Origin: an uncultured Oscillibacter sp.
Lineage (GTDB): Bacteria > Bacillota > Clostridia > Oscillospirales > Oscillospiraceae
NCBI GenBank assembly: GCA_950097265.1
Contig: CATNDJ010000009.1
Location: 758-64,757, forward strand
Reading direction: 5' to 3'
Length of the DNA: 64,000 nucleotides
Below the pieces are notes generated by a model, which saw only the letters and a program-made list of their open reading frames with translations, did no database searches and had not been told where the DNA came from. A program made the position numbers and the translations under genes. Of this stretch, positions 7,867-16,125 are shown one piece after another; position 1 is the stretch's first letter, and each line of letters opens with the position of its first letter.

Positions 7867-9225
7867 TTAAAATTTTAGTGATTTTATGAGGCTAACCAGA
7901 ATATCGGCCGTATTTTGCGCAATTTCGGTCGTCTTTGCTTCCACCATGACTCGAATCAGGGCCTCCGTCCCCGAAGCGCGGACAAGCACCCGGCCCTCGC
8001 CGTTCAGGGCGGACTCCTCCCGCTTCACGGCTTCCGCCAGTTCCTGGGAGTCCATGATTTTCTCTTTCACGCCGCCGCTGTGGGGGACCTCCACGTTGAT
8101 GAGCACCTGAGGATAGGCGGCGCAGACGGAGGCCAGCTCCGACGCCCGCTTCCCCGACTGAGCCAGGACCTGGAGGAACTGGAGAGCCGTTACCTGTCCG
8201 TCGCCGGTGGTCTCCAGGGCGGTGAAGATGGTGTGGCCGGACTGCTCGCCGCCGATGCGGAAGTCCCGGCGAAGCATCTCCTCCAGCACGTTCCGGTCCC
8301 CCACGGCGGTACAGGCCAGGTCAATGCCATGATTGCGGCAGAACTCGTGGAGTCCCAGATTGCTCATCACCGTGGCCACAATGGCGTTCCCCCGGAGCAC
8401 GCCCCGGCGCTTCATGTCCAGGGCGCAGACGGCCATAACCTTGTCTCCGTCAATGACGCCTCCGGTTTCGTTCACCAGCAGGCAGCGGTCCGCGTCGCCG
8501 TCGAAGGCCACGCCGACGTCATAGCCCCCCTTCACCACCTGGGCCGCCAGGTCCTCCAGGTGGGTGGAGCCGCAGCGGTCGTTGATGTTCACCCCGTCGG
8601 GGGTCCGGTGGAGGAAGACCGTATGGGCCTTGAAGCGGCCGAAGAGCTCCGGAGCCGTGGCGCTGGCGGCACCGTTGGCGCAGTCCACCAGGATGCGCAG
8701 GCCGGACAGGTCCGAATCAATGGTGGAGGCCACAAAGTCAATGTAATCCCGCTTGAGCTGCTTCATGCCGTGGTGTCGGCGGCCCAGTTCCCCCCGGGTT
8801 TTCAGGTCCATGGGGGCTTCCGAAAAAATCTTCTCCTCCACCCGGTCCTCCAGCGCGTCGGAGAGCTTATAGCCCTGGCCGTTGAAGACCTTGATTCCGT
8901 TGTGCTCATAGGGGTTGTGGGAGGCGGAGACCACGATGCCCGCGTCCGCCTTTTCCTGCCGGGTAAGGTAGGCCACGGCGGGCGTGGGGATGTCTCCTAC
9001 GGGCTTCACGTCCGCGCCCACGGAGCACAATCCCGCAATCAGCGCCGCCTCCAGCAAGTCGGAGGAAATGCGGGTATCCTTGCCCAGGACCACCGTGGGG
9101 CGCTCACCGCCCTTTTCCTCCATCAAAACCGTCCCCACGGCCTGCCCGACCTGGAAGGCCAGGTCCGCCGTCAGGTTCTCCCCCACTACGCCGCGGATGC
9201 CGTCGGTGCCAAAAAGTTTACCCAT
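7867..9225 (-). CDS. glmM: Phosphoglucosamine mutase
   Basis: MGKLFGTDGIRG, SASHNP, AFDGDADR, GGEQSGH, RASGTE. Confidence 0.97.
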   Translation of the reverse strand: MGKLFGTDGIRGVVGENLTADLAFQVGQAVGTVLMEEKGGERPTVVLGKDTRISSDLLEAALIAGLCSVGADVKPVGDIPTPAVAYLTRQEKADAGIVVSASHNPYEHNGIKVFNGQGYKLSDALEDRVEEKIFSEAPMDLKTRGELGRRHHGMKQLKRDYIDFVASTIDSDLSGLRILVDCANGAASATAPELFGRFKAHTVFLHRTPDGVNINDRCGSTHLEDLAAQVVKGGYDVGVAFDGDADRCLLVNETGGVIDGDKVMAVCALDMKRRGVLRGNAIVATVMSNLGLHEFCRNHGIDLACTAVGDRNVLEEMLRRDFRIGGEQSGHTIFTALETTGDGQVTALQFLQVLAQSGKRASELASVCAAYPQVLINVEVPHSGGVKEKIMDSQELAEAVKREESALNGEGRVLVRASGTEALIRVMVEAKTTEIAQNTADILVSLIKSLKF

Positions 9226-9232
9226 AAATCGA

Positions 9233-9619
9233 TTACCTCTTTCTTCCAAAATCGTCAAATTCCCGTTTCAAAGCCCGCTCCGTGACGGGGATGACCGCCA
9301 AAAGCGGGACCATTTGCAACCCAGTCAAAATCATGCCGAAATTTCCAACCGCGTCGACTTCCCGCCCAAACAGCAGAGCCATCCACAACAGGGAGACCAC
9401 CAGCACGGGCTGACCGGCCCGATACCAGAAGCGCCCGCTATAGCGCTGGGCAAACTCCCAGGTCTGCCGGTTCCGCATGGAGCGGGTCGTGCGGTAACCA
9501 TAGCCGTCGTTAATCTCCCCAGGCGGGTTTTTCATAAAGCTCCGCCCCAGGAGAATCATGCTTCCGGGAATCAGCAGAGCCATAGCCAGCATAAACAGCC
9601 ATAAAAGAAACTCCGTCAT
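9233..9619 (-). CDS. SdpI/YhfL-family membrane protein
   Basis: PGEINDGYGYRTTRSMRNRQTWEFAQRY; three TM segments. Confidence 0.8.
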   Translation of the reverse strand: MTEFLLWLFMLAMALLIPGSMILLGRSFMKNPPGEINDGYGYRTTRSMRNRQTWEFAQRYSGRFWYRAGQPVLVVSLLWMALLFGREVDAVGNFGMILTGLQMVPLLAVIPVTERALKREFDDFGRKR

Positions 9620-10371
9620 CCTTTCTCCTCCAGCAGATACCGCAGCATTCGCTCCGGGTCGTCCAGAAAGCGCTTTGTCAACTGGTAATGCTCCGTCTCC
9701 CGGTACTCTACCGGCCGGACGCCGTTTTCGCTCAGCTCATAAATCCTGGCTCCGGGAAACGCCATCAGAATCGGTGAATGGGTCGCTATGATAAACTGAG
9801 AGTCCGCTTTCACCAGCAGGTCTATCTCCCCCATCAGCGTCAGAAGGCGCGAGGGCGACAGGGCCGCCTCTGGCTCGTCCAGCAGGTACAGCCCCTCCCC
9901 GCCGAAGCGGTTTTGCACCAGGGCCAGGAAGCTCTCCCCGTGGGATTGATTGTGGAGGGACACGCCGCCGTAGCTGTCGATGAGCCTGGGCGCAAAGGAG
10001 GGCGCTTCGTCCATTTCGTCAATATTCGTGGCCACATTGTAAAAGCTCTCCGCCCGGAGGAAAAAGCCGTCCCTGGGATACCGCTTCCGGGCAGGGGTCA
10101 GATACTCCCCCAGTATGGAGTGAGTAGCCCTTGTGGAGAAGTTGAAATTCCGGGTGCCGCCCTCCGGGTTAAAGCCGCAGGCCACGGCGGTCCCCTCCAG
10201 CAGCGTGGACTTCCCCGTCCCGTTCTCTCCCACCAGAAAGGTGACGGGCCGGTCAAACTTCAGGACGCCGCCCTCGATTAAATAGTTTACCGGCCCCAGC
10301 CTCCGGAGCCAGCTCCCCTCCGGCAGCTCCCGCCGGAGACGGACGGAGGCCAGATACCCCGGACCGCTCAC
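9616..10371 (-). CDS. Predicted standalone AAA/ABC-type ATPase (COG3910-like)
   Basis: [44 protein letters not shown]. Confidence 0.85.
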   Translation of the reverse strand: MSGPGYLASVRLRRELPEGSWLRRLGPVNYLIEGGVLKFDRPVTFLVGENGTGKSTLLEGTAVACGFNPEGGTRNFNFSTRATHSILGEYLTPARKRYPRDGFFLRAESFYNVATNIDEMDEAPSFAPRLIDSYGGVSLHNQSHGESFLALVQNRFGGEGLYLLDEPEAALSPSRLLTLMGEIDLLVKADSQFIIATHSPILMAFPGARIYELSENGVRPVEYRETEHYQLTKRFLDDPERMLRYLLEEKG

Positions 10372-11429
10372 AATGATATCTGCTCCATAACATCCTCGGA
10401 GGCCGCGCCGCCGGGGATGGGCTTGTGCAGGTGCTGGTACGCTTTCTGCGTCACGCAGCGCCCCCGGGGCGTCCGGGTCAAGAAGCCCAGCTGCATCAAA
10501 TAGGGCTCGTAAACATCCTCCAGGGTAACCGATTCCTCGCCGATGGTAGCGGCCAGCGTTTCCAGGCCCACGGGGCCGCCGCCATAGTTGTCTATAATGG
10601 CCTCCATCATCCTCCGGTCCACCGGGTCCAGGCCCAGGTAGTCGATCTCCAAAGCGCAGAGAGCCTGGTCCGCCACGCTCTTGGTAATGACGCCGTCCGC
10701 TCGGACCTGGGCATAGTCCCGGACCCGGCGGAGCATCCGGTTTGCGATGCGGGGCGTGCCCCGGGACCGCCGGGCAATCTCATAAGCCCCCTCCAGCACA
10801 ACGTCCACATTCAAAATCCCGGCGGAGCGGGTGACGATCTTCGCCAATTCCTCCGGCGTGTAGAGCTCCAGCCGCAGCGTCACGCCGAAGCGGTCCCGCA
10901 GGGGCGCGGAGAGCTGTCCCGCCCGGGTGGTGGCCCCGATAAGGGTGAACTTTGGCAGGTCCAGCCGGATAGAATTGGCGGAGGGCCCCTTTCCCACGAT
11001 AATGTCCAGCACGTAATCCTCCATGGCGGGATACAAAATCTCCTCCACGGAGCGATTCAGTCGGTGTATCTCATCTACAAAAAGAATATCTCCCTCGTTC
11101 AAGTTTGTCAGCAGCGCCGCCAGGTCCCCCGGCTTCTCAATAGCGGGGCCGGAGGTGATGCGGATATTGACCCCCATTTCCTGGGCGATGATGCCCGCCA
11201 AGGTGGTCTTGCCCAGTCCCGGAGGGCCGTGGAGCAGAACGTGGTCCAGGGATTCCTCCCGCTTCCGGGCGGCCTCAATGAAGATGGAAAGGTTTTCCTT
11301 GGCCTTCTCCTGACCGATGTACTCCCGCAGGCTCCTTGGCCGCAGGGAGCCCTCTTGGGCGTCCTCCTGCAAAAAGGTCTTCGCCACGATGGGCTCCTCG
11401 TAGATATCGCTTCCAAAATCAATGCTCAA
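10368..11429 (-). CDS. ruvB: Holliday junction helicase RuvB
   Basis: [36 protein letters not shown]; TTG start at 11429 after SD AAAGGA. Confidence 0.97.
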   Translation of the reverse strand: MSIDFGSDIYEEPIVAKTFLQEDAQEGSLRPRSLREYIGQEKAKENLSIFIEAARKREESLDHVLLHGPPGLGKTTLAGIIAQEMGVNIRITSGPAIEKPGDLAALLTNLNEGDILFVDEIHRLNRSVEEILYPAMEDYVLDIIVGKGPSANSIRLDLPKFTLIGATTRAGQLSAPLRDRFGVTLRLELYTPEELAKIVTRSAGILNVDVVLEGAYEIARRSRGTPRIANRMLRRVRDYAQVRADGVITKSVADQALCALEIDYLGLDPVDRRMMEAIIDNYGGGPVGLETLAATIGEESVTLEDVYEPYLMQLGFLTRTPRGRCVTQKAYQHLHKPIPGGAASEDVMEQISL

Positions 11430-11455
11430 ACGCTCACGTCCTTTTCCCGGGAAAT

Positions 11456-11662
11456 TTATCGCAGGATGATCCCCACAATGATAGCCAGCAGCGCTACGCC
11501 GAACAGACAGCCCGAAGCCGCCAGCCACCGCTGAGCCCTGCACCGATACCGCTCCGACTCCTCCGGCTCCAGGTCCCGGCCGTTCAGCAGGCGGCAGTAT
11601 TTAAAAAATTGAGACATTGCAAAGATGGTCCCCAAAAATCCAATGATAATCACACGGGACAC
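11456..11662 (-). CDS. Small (68 aa) two-TM hypothetical protein
   Basis: Strong SD AAAGGAGG then GTG 11662; [12 protein letters not shown] and [16 protein letters not shown] hydrophobic ends. Confidence 0.6.
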   Translation of the reverse strand: MSRVIIIGFLGTIFAMSQFFKYCRLLNGRDLEPEESERYRCRAQRWLAASGCLFGVALLAIIVGIILR

Positions 11663-11777
11663 CGCCGCACCGCCTCCTTTCTTCAAAATCGCTGTAAAGC
11701 AGATTGCCTTTTCACCGTTATTCTGCGCTCCGCCAGAAAGGAGTCGGTCAAAAGCCAAATTCTATCTATAAAGTGAT

Positions 11778-11809
11778 AAAGCTTTACACAAACTGCAATG
11801 TAAAGCTTT
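11778..11809 (-). terminator. 11-bp perfect hairpin right after the ruvA stop
   Basis: aaagctttaca...tgtaaagcttt. Confidence 0.6.
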
Positions 11810-12414
11810 TAGAGCTTTGCCATGCGTTTCAGCCCTTGCCGGACGATTTCTTCCAGAGGCTGCTCCATATCCAGGCCCTTCAGCGCCGCGGAAACCTCCT
11901 GGCTGGAGTAACCCAGGACCGCCAGAGCCTGGGCCGCCTCCGTGGCCTTATTCCCAAACACCGCCGGGGCAGGCGCGCCCTTCCCGCCGGAAAAGTCAAG
12001 CCCTCCGGCGGTTTCCTTGGCCATTTTATCCTTCAGCTCCAGAATGATGCGCTGGGCGATCTTCTTCCCCACCCCCGGCGCGGCGGTCAAAGACTTCTCA
12101 TCCCCGGTGACGATGGCCATGGCCAGCGTCTCCGGTGTGCCGGAGGACAGGATGGCCAGAGCCGCCTTGGGCCCCACGCCGGACACGCCGATGAGCAGCT
12201 TGAAGCTGTTCAGCTCGCTCTGAGTGGCAAAGCCGTAGAGCTCAAAGAGGTTTTCCGCCACGTTGAGATAGGTGTAGAGCTTTTTCCGCTGGCCCTTCTT
12301 CAAGGCGGCCAGGGTGTTGTTGGTGGTCTTGCAGGCGTAGCCTACGCCTCCGCAGTCGATGACCGCCAGATAGGGCAGAATTTCCGCCACAGTACCGTCT
12401 AAATAGTAAAACAT
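11809..12414 (-). CDS. ruvA: Holliday junction branch migration protein RuvA
   Basis: GVGY, LYGF, GVSGVGPKAALAIL, PGVGKKIAQRIILELKDK, ALAVLGY. Confidence 0.97.
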   Translation of the reverse strand: MFYYLDGTVAEILPYLAVIDCGGVGYACKTTNNTLAALKKGQRKKLYTYLNVAENLFELYGFATQSELNSFKLLIGVSGVGPKAALAILSSGTPETLAMAIVTGDEKSLTAAPGVGKKIAQRIILELKDKMAKETAGGLDFSGGKGAPAPAVFGNKATEAAQALAVLGYSSQEVSAALKGLDMEQPLEEIVRQGLKRMAKL

Positions 12415-12435
12415 AACGCCTCCATGCTACCTTTG

Positions 12436-12945
12436 TCAGACCGTCTCCGGCGCGTCCCCGTTCCGGGGCAGCCGGGAAGTAAAGCTCCTGGCGTGGCACA
12501 GGGCCAGGGCCAGCGCGTCGGCGGCGTCGTCGGGGCGGGGGACCTTCTGCAGCTTCAAAAGCCGCCGGGTCATGTCCATCACCTGCCGCTTCTCCGCCTT
12601 GCCGTAGCCCGTCACCGCCAGCTTTACCTGGGAGGGGGTGTACTCGTACAGGGGCACGCCGCACTTCTCAGCGGTGTAGAGCAGGACCCCCCTGCCGTGG
12701 GCCACGGCGATGCCGGTGGTGATATTCGTGTTAAAAAACAGCTCCTCTATGGAAATGACGTCCGGTTTCAACTGGCCGATCAGCTCTTCCATATCGGCGC
12801 CGATCTGGTAGAGTCTCCGGCTCAGGGGCAGCCCCGCCGGTGTGGTGATGGCCCCGTAAGTTACCATCCGCGCCTGTCCCCGCTCCGCCTCCACCAGGCC
12901 GAAGCCAATGGTGGCAAAGCCGGGGTCGATGCCTAATATCCGCAT
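12436..12945 (-). CDS. ruvC: Crossover junction endodeoxyribonuclease RuvC
   Basis: MRILGIDPG, IEELFF, VTGYGKAEKRQV, DDAADALA. Confidence 0.97.
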   Translation of the reverse strand: MRILGIDPGFATIGFGLVEAERGQARMVTYGAITTPAGLPLSRRLYQIGADMEELIGQLKPDVISIEELFFNTNITTGIAVAHGRGVLLYTAEKCGVPLYEYTPSQVKLAVTGYGKAEKRQVMDMTRRLLKLQKVPRPDDAADALALALCHARSFTSRLPRNGDAPETV

Positions 12946-12976
12946 ACTCCGCCCCTTTCGGCTTGCATTCTTAGTC

Positions 12977-13005
12977 AGTATAGCAAATTTCACCGGAATG
13001 CGCAA
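12977..13005 (-). promoter_or_regulatory. sigmaA promoter of ruvC-ruvA
   Basis: TTGCGC-17-TATACT. Confidence 0.65.
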
Positions 13006-13054
13006 CAAGAAAAACGGAAGCAGACCTTAATTAAAGTCACAAAAGCGCCGCCCT

Positions 13055-13085
13055 AAAAAAGGCGCTGCCGGTCCGGCAGCGCCTT
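13055..13085 (-). terminator. Terminator after xerD
   Basis: aaggcgctgccg / cggcagcgcctt stem with a U6 tract on the minus strand. Confidence 0.75.
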
Positions 13086-13099
13086 CTCTATGTATTCCG

Positions 13100-13984
13100 T
13101 TACGCCCGGGGATGGGCCTTTTGATAAATGTCCTTCAAATTTCCCTTCACAACATGGGTATAAATCTGCGTGGAGGAGATATCCGCGTGGCCCAGCATCT
13201 CCTGGATGGACCGCAGGTCCGCGCCGTTCTCCAGCAGGTGCGCCGCGAAGGAGTGCCGCAGGGTATGGGGGGTGATCTCCTTCTCTATCCCAGCCTTCTC
13301 CTGATAGTGCTTGATAATCTTCCAGAAGCCCTGGCGGCTCATCCGCTCTCCGTTCATATTGACAAACAGGGCGGTTTCCTCCTCGTCGGACACCAGTTGG
13401 GGCCGAATCTTCCAAACGTAGTCCTGCAGGGCCTTCACCGCCGTGCGGTACAGGGGGATGATTCGTTCCTTACCCTTGCTGGAGCAGTGGACGAATCCGG
13501 CGGCCAGGTTCAAATCGTCCAGGTCCAGAGTAATCAGCTCGCTGACCCGGATGCCCGTGGCGTACAGCAGTTCCAGCATGGCGTGGTCCCGAAAGCCCTT
13601 GGCGTCCACGCACTGGGGCTGCTCCAGAAACAGGTCCACCTCTTTGGAGGTCAGGATTTCCGGGTACTTCCGCTCCACCTTGGCGGCGGCGACCCCTTTG
13701 GCGGGGTTGGATTTCATCTTACCGCTGAAGAGCTGGAAATTGTAAAAGGATTTCACCGAGGCCAGAAAGCGGGTAACAGAAGCGGCGGACTTGCCCCGGC
13801 TCATCATCCAATCCATGTAGGATTGGACCGTCTCGGCGGTGGCTTCCAGCAGACTGGGGCCCCGGACCTTCAGATAGTCCGAGAACTGAGTCACATCCCG
13901 CAGGTAAGAGGCCACGGTATTTTGGGAGGCATGCTTTTCCCTCACCAAATATTCCCCATAGCGCGCGATCTCGTCCGTAACAAT
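13100..13984 (-). CDS. xerD: Tyrosine recombinase XerD-type (start codon uncertain)
   Basis: S.NTVASYLRD, RDHAMLELLYATGIRVSEL, GKERIIP, TPHTLRHSFAAHLLENGADLRSIQEMLGHADISSTQIYTHV; follows spoIIM as ripX/xerD does in Bacillus. Confidence 0.92.
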   Translation of the reverse strand: MVTDEIARYGEYLVREKHASQNTVASYLRDVTQFSDYLKVRGPSLLEATAETVQSYMDWMMSRGKSAASVTRFLASVKSFYNFQLFSGKMKSNPAKGVAAAKVERKYPEILTSKEVDLFLEQPQCVDAKGFRDHAMLELLYATGIRVSELITLDLDDLNLAAGFVHCSSKGKERIIPLYRTAVKALQDYVWKIRPQLVSDEEETALFVNMNGERMSRQGFWKIIKHYQEKAGIEKEITPHTLRHSFAAHLLENGADLRSIQEMLGHADISSTQIYTHVVKGNLKDIYQKAHPRA

Positions 13985-14019
13985 CCCTTCTCTCTTTACC
14001 AGTGTCGGCGCGGTGTTTT

Positions 14020-14649
14020 CTAACCTGTCAGCATCCGTTCCAAAAGCTGCCGCAAAAACCAGGGGGACAGCATCAAATCGGCGCACATTCCCGCCAGCAG
14101 CGTCCCAAAAATCACTGCCAGACGCCGCCACCACCCCCGGTCGTAACGCATAGGGACAGAGCGCCGCCCCCCTCCTAAAGAGAGGCGGAGCAGATCTATG
14201 GAACGCTCCAGCGACGGAACCGCCAGCAGAAAATAGCAGGGCAGCGTCACCGCACACCGGAGGCCGAACACTGCCAGCGCCAGCAGTACGCCGTCACGGC
14301 CGAAAGCAGCCGTAAAACAGCAGACGGAAAAAGACAGGAAAAATCCAAAAGCTCCCGTTGTCAGAGGCAGAAGCAGCACGCCGATGGAGGCAAAGCCCAT
14401 CAGGAAAGCAGCCAGCGGATAGCGGAGATACAGCGCCGCCGCCGACAGCGCCGCCCCAGGAGACGGGGCTTCCTCTCCTACCTTCAGAAAATCCGTCAGA
14501 TATCGAGTCAGCTCGTCGCCCGTAGCGTCCGGAACCCGACCGGAAAAGACCTGTCCCAAAACGACGCCGGCGAAAAAAAACAGCGCCAGAAACAGCAGGC
14601 GGGACAACTGCCGCCTTCGCTCCGTCATCTCCCGCCTCTTCCACTCCAA
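14020..14649 (-). CDS. spoIIM: Stage II sporulation protein M-like membrane protein
   Basis: Multi-TM, G..LPL...GF..SFS pattern, upstream of xerD, with a sigmaE-like promoter. Confidence 0.7.
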   Translation of the reverse strand: MEWKRREMTERRRQLSRLLFLALFFFAGVVLGQVFSGRVPDATGDELTRYLTDFLKVGEEAPSPGAALSAAALYLRYPLAAFLMGFASIGVLLLPLTTGAFGFFLSFSVCCFTAAFGRDGVLLALAVFGLRCAVTLPCYFLLAVPSLERSIDLLRLSLGGGRRSVPMRYDRGWWRRLAVIFGTLLAGMCADLMLSPWFLRQLLERMLTG

Positions 14650-14667
14650 ACCGCCTCACCTCAACTC

Positions 14668-14696
14668 ATCCTATGAGGGAGGCCGGCGGCTTATAC
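14668..14696 (-). promoter_or_regulatory. sigmaE-like sporulation promoter of spoIIM
   Basis: GTATAA-15-CATAGGAT (CATAnnnT) on the minus strand, then SD GAGGTGAGG. Confidence 0.6.
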
Positions 14697-14729
14697 GCCT
14701 TTCGGAAAAAGCCGGGCAATTCGACAGAT

Positions 14730-14771
14730 AAGAAAACACCCTCCTGCCGGCAGCGGCAAGGGAGAAGGTGT
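14730..14771 (-). terminator. Imperfect terminator-like hairpin upstream of spoIIM
   Basis: ACACC..CUCC..UGCC-loop-GGCA-GGAG-GGUGU-UUUCUU on the minus strand. Confidence 0.5.
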
Positions 14772-14800
14772 GCAACCACGTAAAATCAGCTTGTACTCAT

Positions 14801-14829
14801 AATATAGCTCTTTTTTTTGCTTTCCGCAA
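14801..14829 (-). promoter_or_regulatory. sigmaA-like promoter upstream of spoIIM-xerD
   Basis: TTGCGG-17-TATATT. Confidence 0.55.
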
Positions 14830-14871
14830 GATGTTTCCTAAAAAAAGCACTTTTTTGGGATTTATGACAAA

Positions 14872-14899
14872 ATGTTATGTAAACTACATTATGTAAACC
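14872..14899 (+). other. dif-like site / tandem XerD-binding arms
   Basis: TTATGTAAACT (14875-85) and TTATGTAAACC (14889-99); the B. subtilis dif XerD arm is TTATGTAAACT. Confidence 0.55.
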
Positions 14900-15088
14900 A
14901 TTGAAATCGAATAGAACAGAACAGCGAGCCGCCGCCGCCGCCGTCCACATTTGGGGGGACGCATACCTCGCCGATCCCATATCTGCCGCCCCTCCCCTCC
15001 CCTCTCCGGCGGCGGCCTAATTTCGCCGCCGAAGGAGGATTGGGAGGAAAACCGGCGTTTTTGTGCAATCCAACAAAGGTCTTCTTTT

Positions 15089-15478
15089 TCACTTCCGCCG
15101 CCGCCGCTTCCTGGGCCCAGCCGCTCCGCCCAGCAGTCCCCCAGCCAGGCCGCACAGCAGCAGAACGCCGCCTCTGCCCAGCCAGGAGACTTCCTCCCAG
15201 AAGCCCAGACCCGCCAGAAGCAGCACGGACAGGAACAGCGCCGCCGTCAGCACGCCCCCCGCCCGCCAATGGGTCAGGCGCACCGTCAGCAGTCCACCGG
15301 CCAGTGCGGACGCCGCACACAGCGCCGCCACCAGGGGAAAGCTCCCCCCTTCCGACAAAGCTCCTTTCACCAGCAGCAGCGTCAAAAGCAGCAGGCCCAG
15401 GATGTATACGCTCAGAGACAATCCCCACCCTGCCAGAAAGCCCTGCCATACCGCCAGCTTTTTTCGTCCTTTCGTCAT
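15089..15478 (-). CDS. TIGR04086-family membrane protein
   Basis: Four TM helices, Gly-rich, basic tail RKRRRRK; usual neighbour downstream of yajC in Clostridia. Confidence 0.75.
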   Translation of the reverse strand: MTKGRKKLAVWQGFLAGWGLSLSVYILGLLLLTLLLVKGALSEGGSFPLVAALCAASALAGGLLTVRLTHWRAGGVLTAALFLSVLLLAGLGFWEEVSWLGRGGVLLLCGLAGGLLGGAAGPRKRRRRK

Positions 15479-15582
15479 AAAAAATCCTCCCTCAAAACAT
15501 GCTCTTGAAAAAGCATATTCTTCGGGAGGTGGTTTTTATGCGTTTGAGCTGGGACAAAATCGGGCCTGGGACCCCAGGGCTT

Positions 15583-15945
15583 TTACAGCTCCGGATTCCA
15601 ATCGCCCTTGTCGCTCTCGGACTCTTTCTTTTCCTCTTCCTTCTTGGCGGGTTTCTTCTCTTCTTTTTTCTCCTCGGGCTGTTCGCCGCTCTGGACGCCC
15701 ACAGAGCTGACGGCCCACTTTGTCAGCTCCATGCGGACCCGGTCGTCGCTGGTTTCGATAACAATCGTGTCCTTGCCAACGGAGACAATCCGGCCGACGA
15801 TGCCCCCGATGGAGGTGATGGTGTCGCCTTTCTTCAGGCTGTCCCGCATTTCCTGGGCCTTTTTCTTCCGCTTATTCTCCGGGCGGATCATCAGGAAATA
15901 CATGATTGCCAGCATGACAATCAACATGAGAATTGTGTAATCCAT
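15583..15945 (-). CDS. yajC: Preprotein translocase subunit YajC
   Basis: MYFLMIRPENKRKKK..EMRDSLKKGDTITSIGGIVG. Confidence 0.95.
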   Translation of the reverse strand: MDYTILMLIVMLAIMYFLMIRPENKRKKKAQEMRDSLKKGDTITSIGGIVGRIVSVGKDTIVIETSDDRVRMELTKWAVSSVGVQSGEQPEEKKEEKKPAKKEEEKKESESDKGDWNPEL

Positions 15946-15983
15946 TCAGAACTTCCTTCCTTTTGTGTAATCAGAATGTGTTC

Positions 15984-16011
15984 ATTATACCAGATACTGC
16001 GCGTTTTGCAA
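15984..16011 (-). promoter_or_regulatory. sigmaA promoter of yajC
   Basis: TTGCAA-16-TATAAT with an extended TG. Confidence 0.65.
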
Positions 16012-16063
16012 GCCTTTTCTTCAAAGGATTTCCTTTTCCTTCCATAAGACGCTGAAAACGCAG

Positions 16064-16092
16064 TGGACAAGCGCTTCCTTTCCTGGTATAAT
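16064..16092 (+). promoter_or_regulatory. sigmaA promoter of the GNAT gene
   Basis: TGGACA-17-TATAAT with an extended TG. Confidence 0.7.
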
Positions 16093-16125
16093 GAGGCTCA
16101 AATTTTCTGTTTGGAGGTGCTGCAC

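Noticed and set aside
13100-13984. Tyrosine recombinase as a prophage/ICE integrase
   Set aside because: spoIIM-xerD context and XerD-like sequence; no mobile-element genes nearby
14765-14790. preQ1-I riboswitch-like fragments (UUACGUGGUU / CCACGUAAAA)
   Set aside because: The two halves are the same bases read on opposite strands; no complete P1 plus A-rich tail, and no que gene downstream
15538-16047. Plus-strand ORF with a good-looking SD (GGGAGG) antisense to yajC
   Set aside because: The SD is the mirror arm of the hairpin; the product is an unconvincing shadow of yajC
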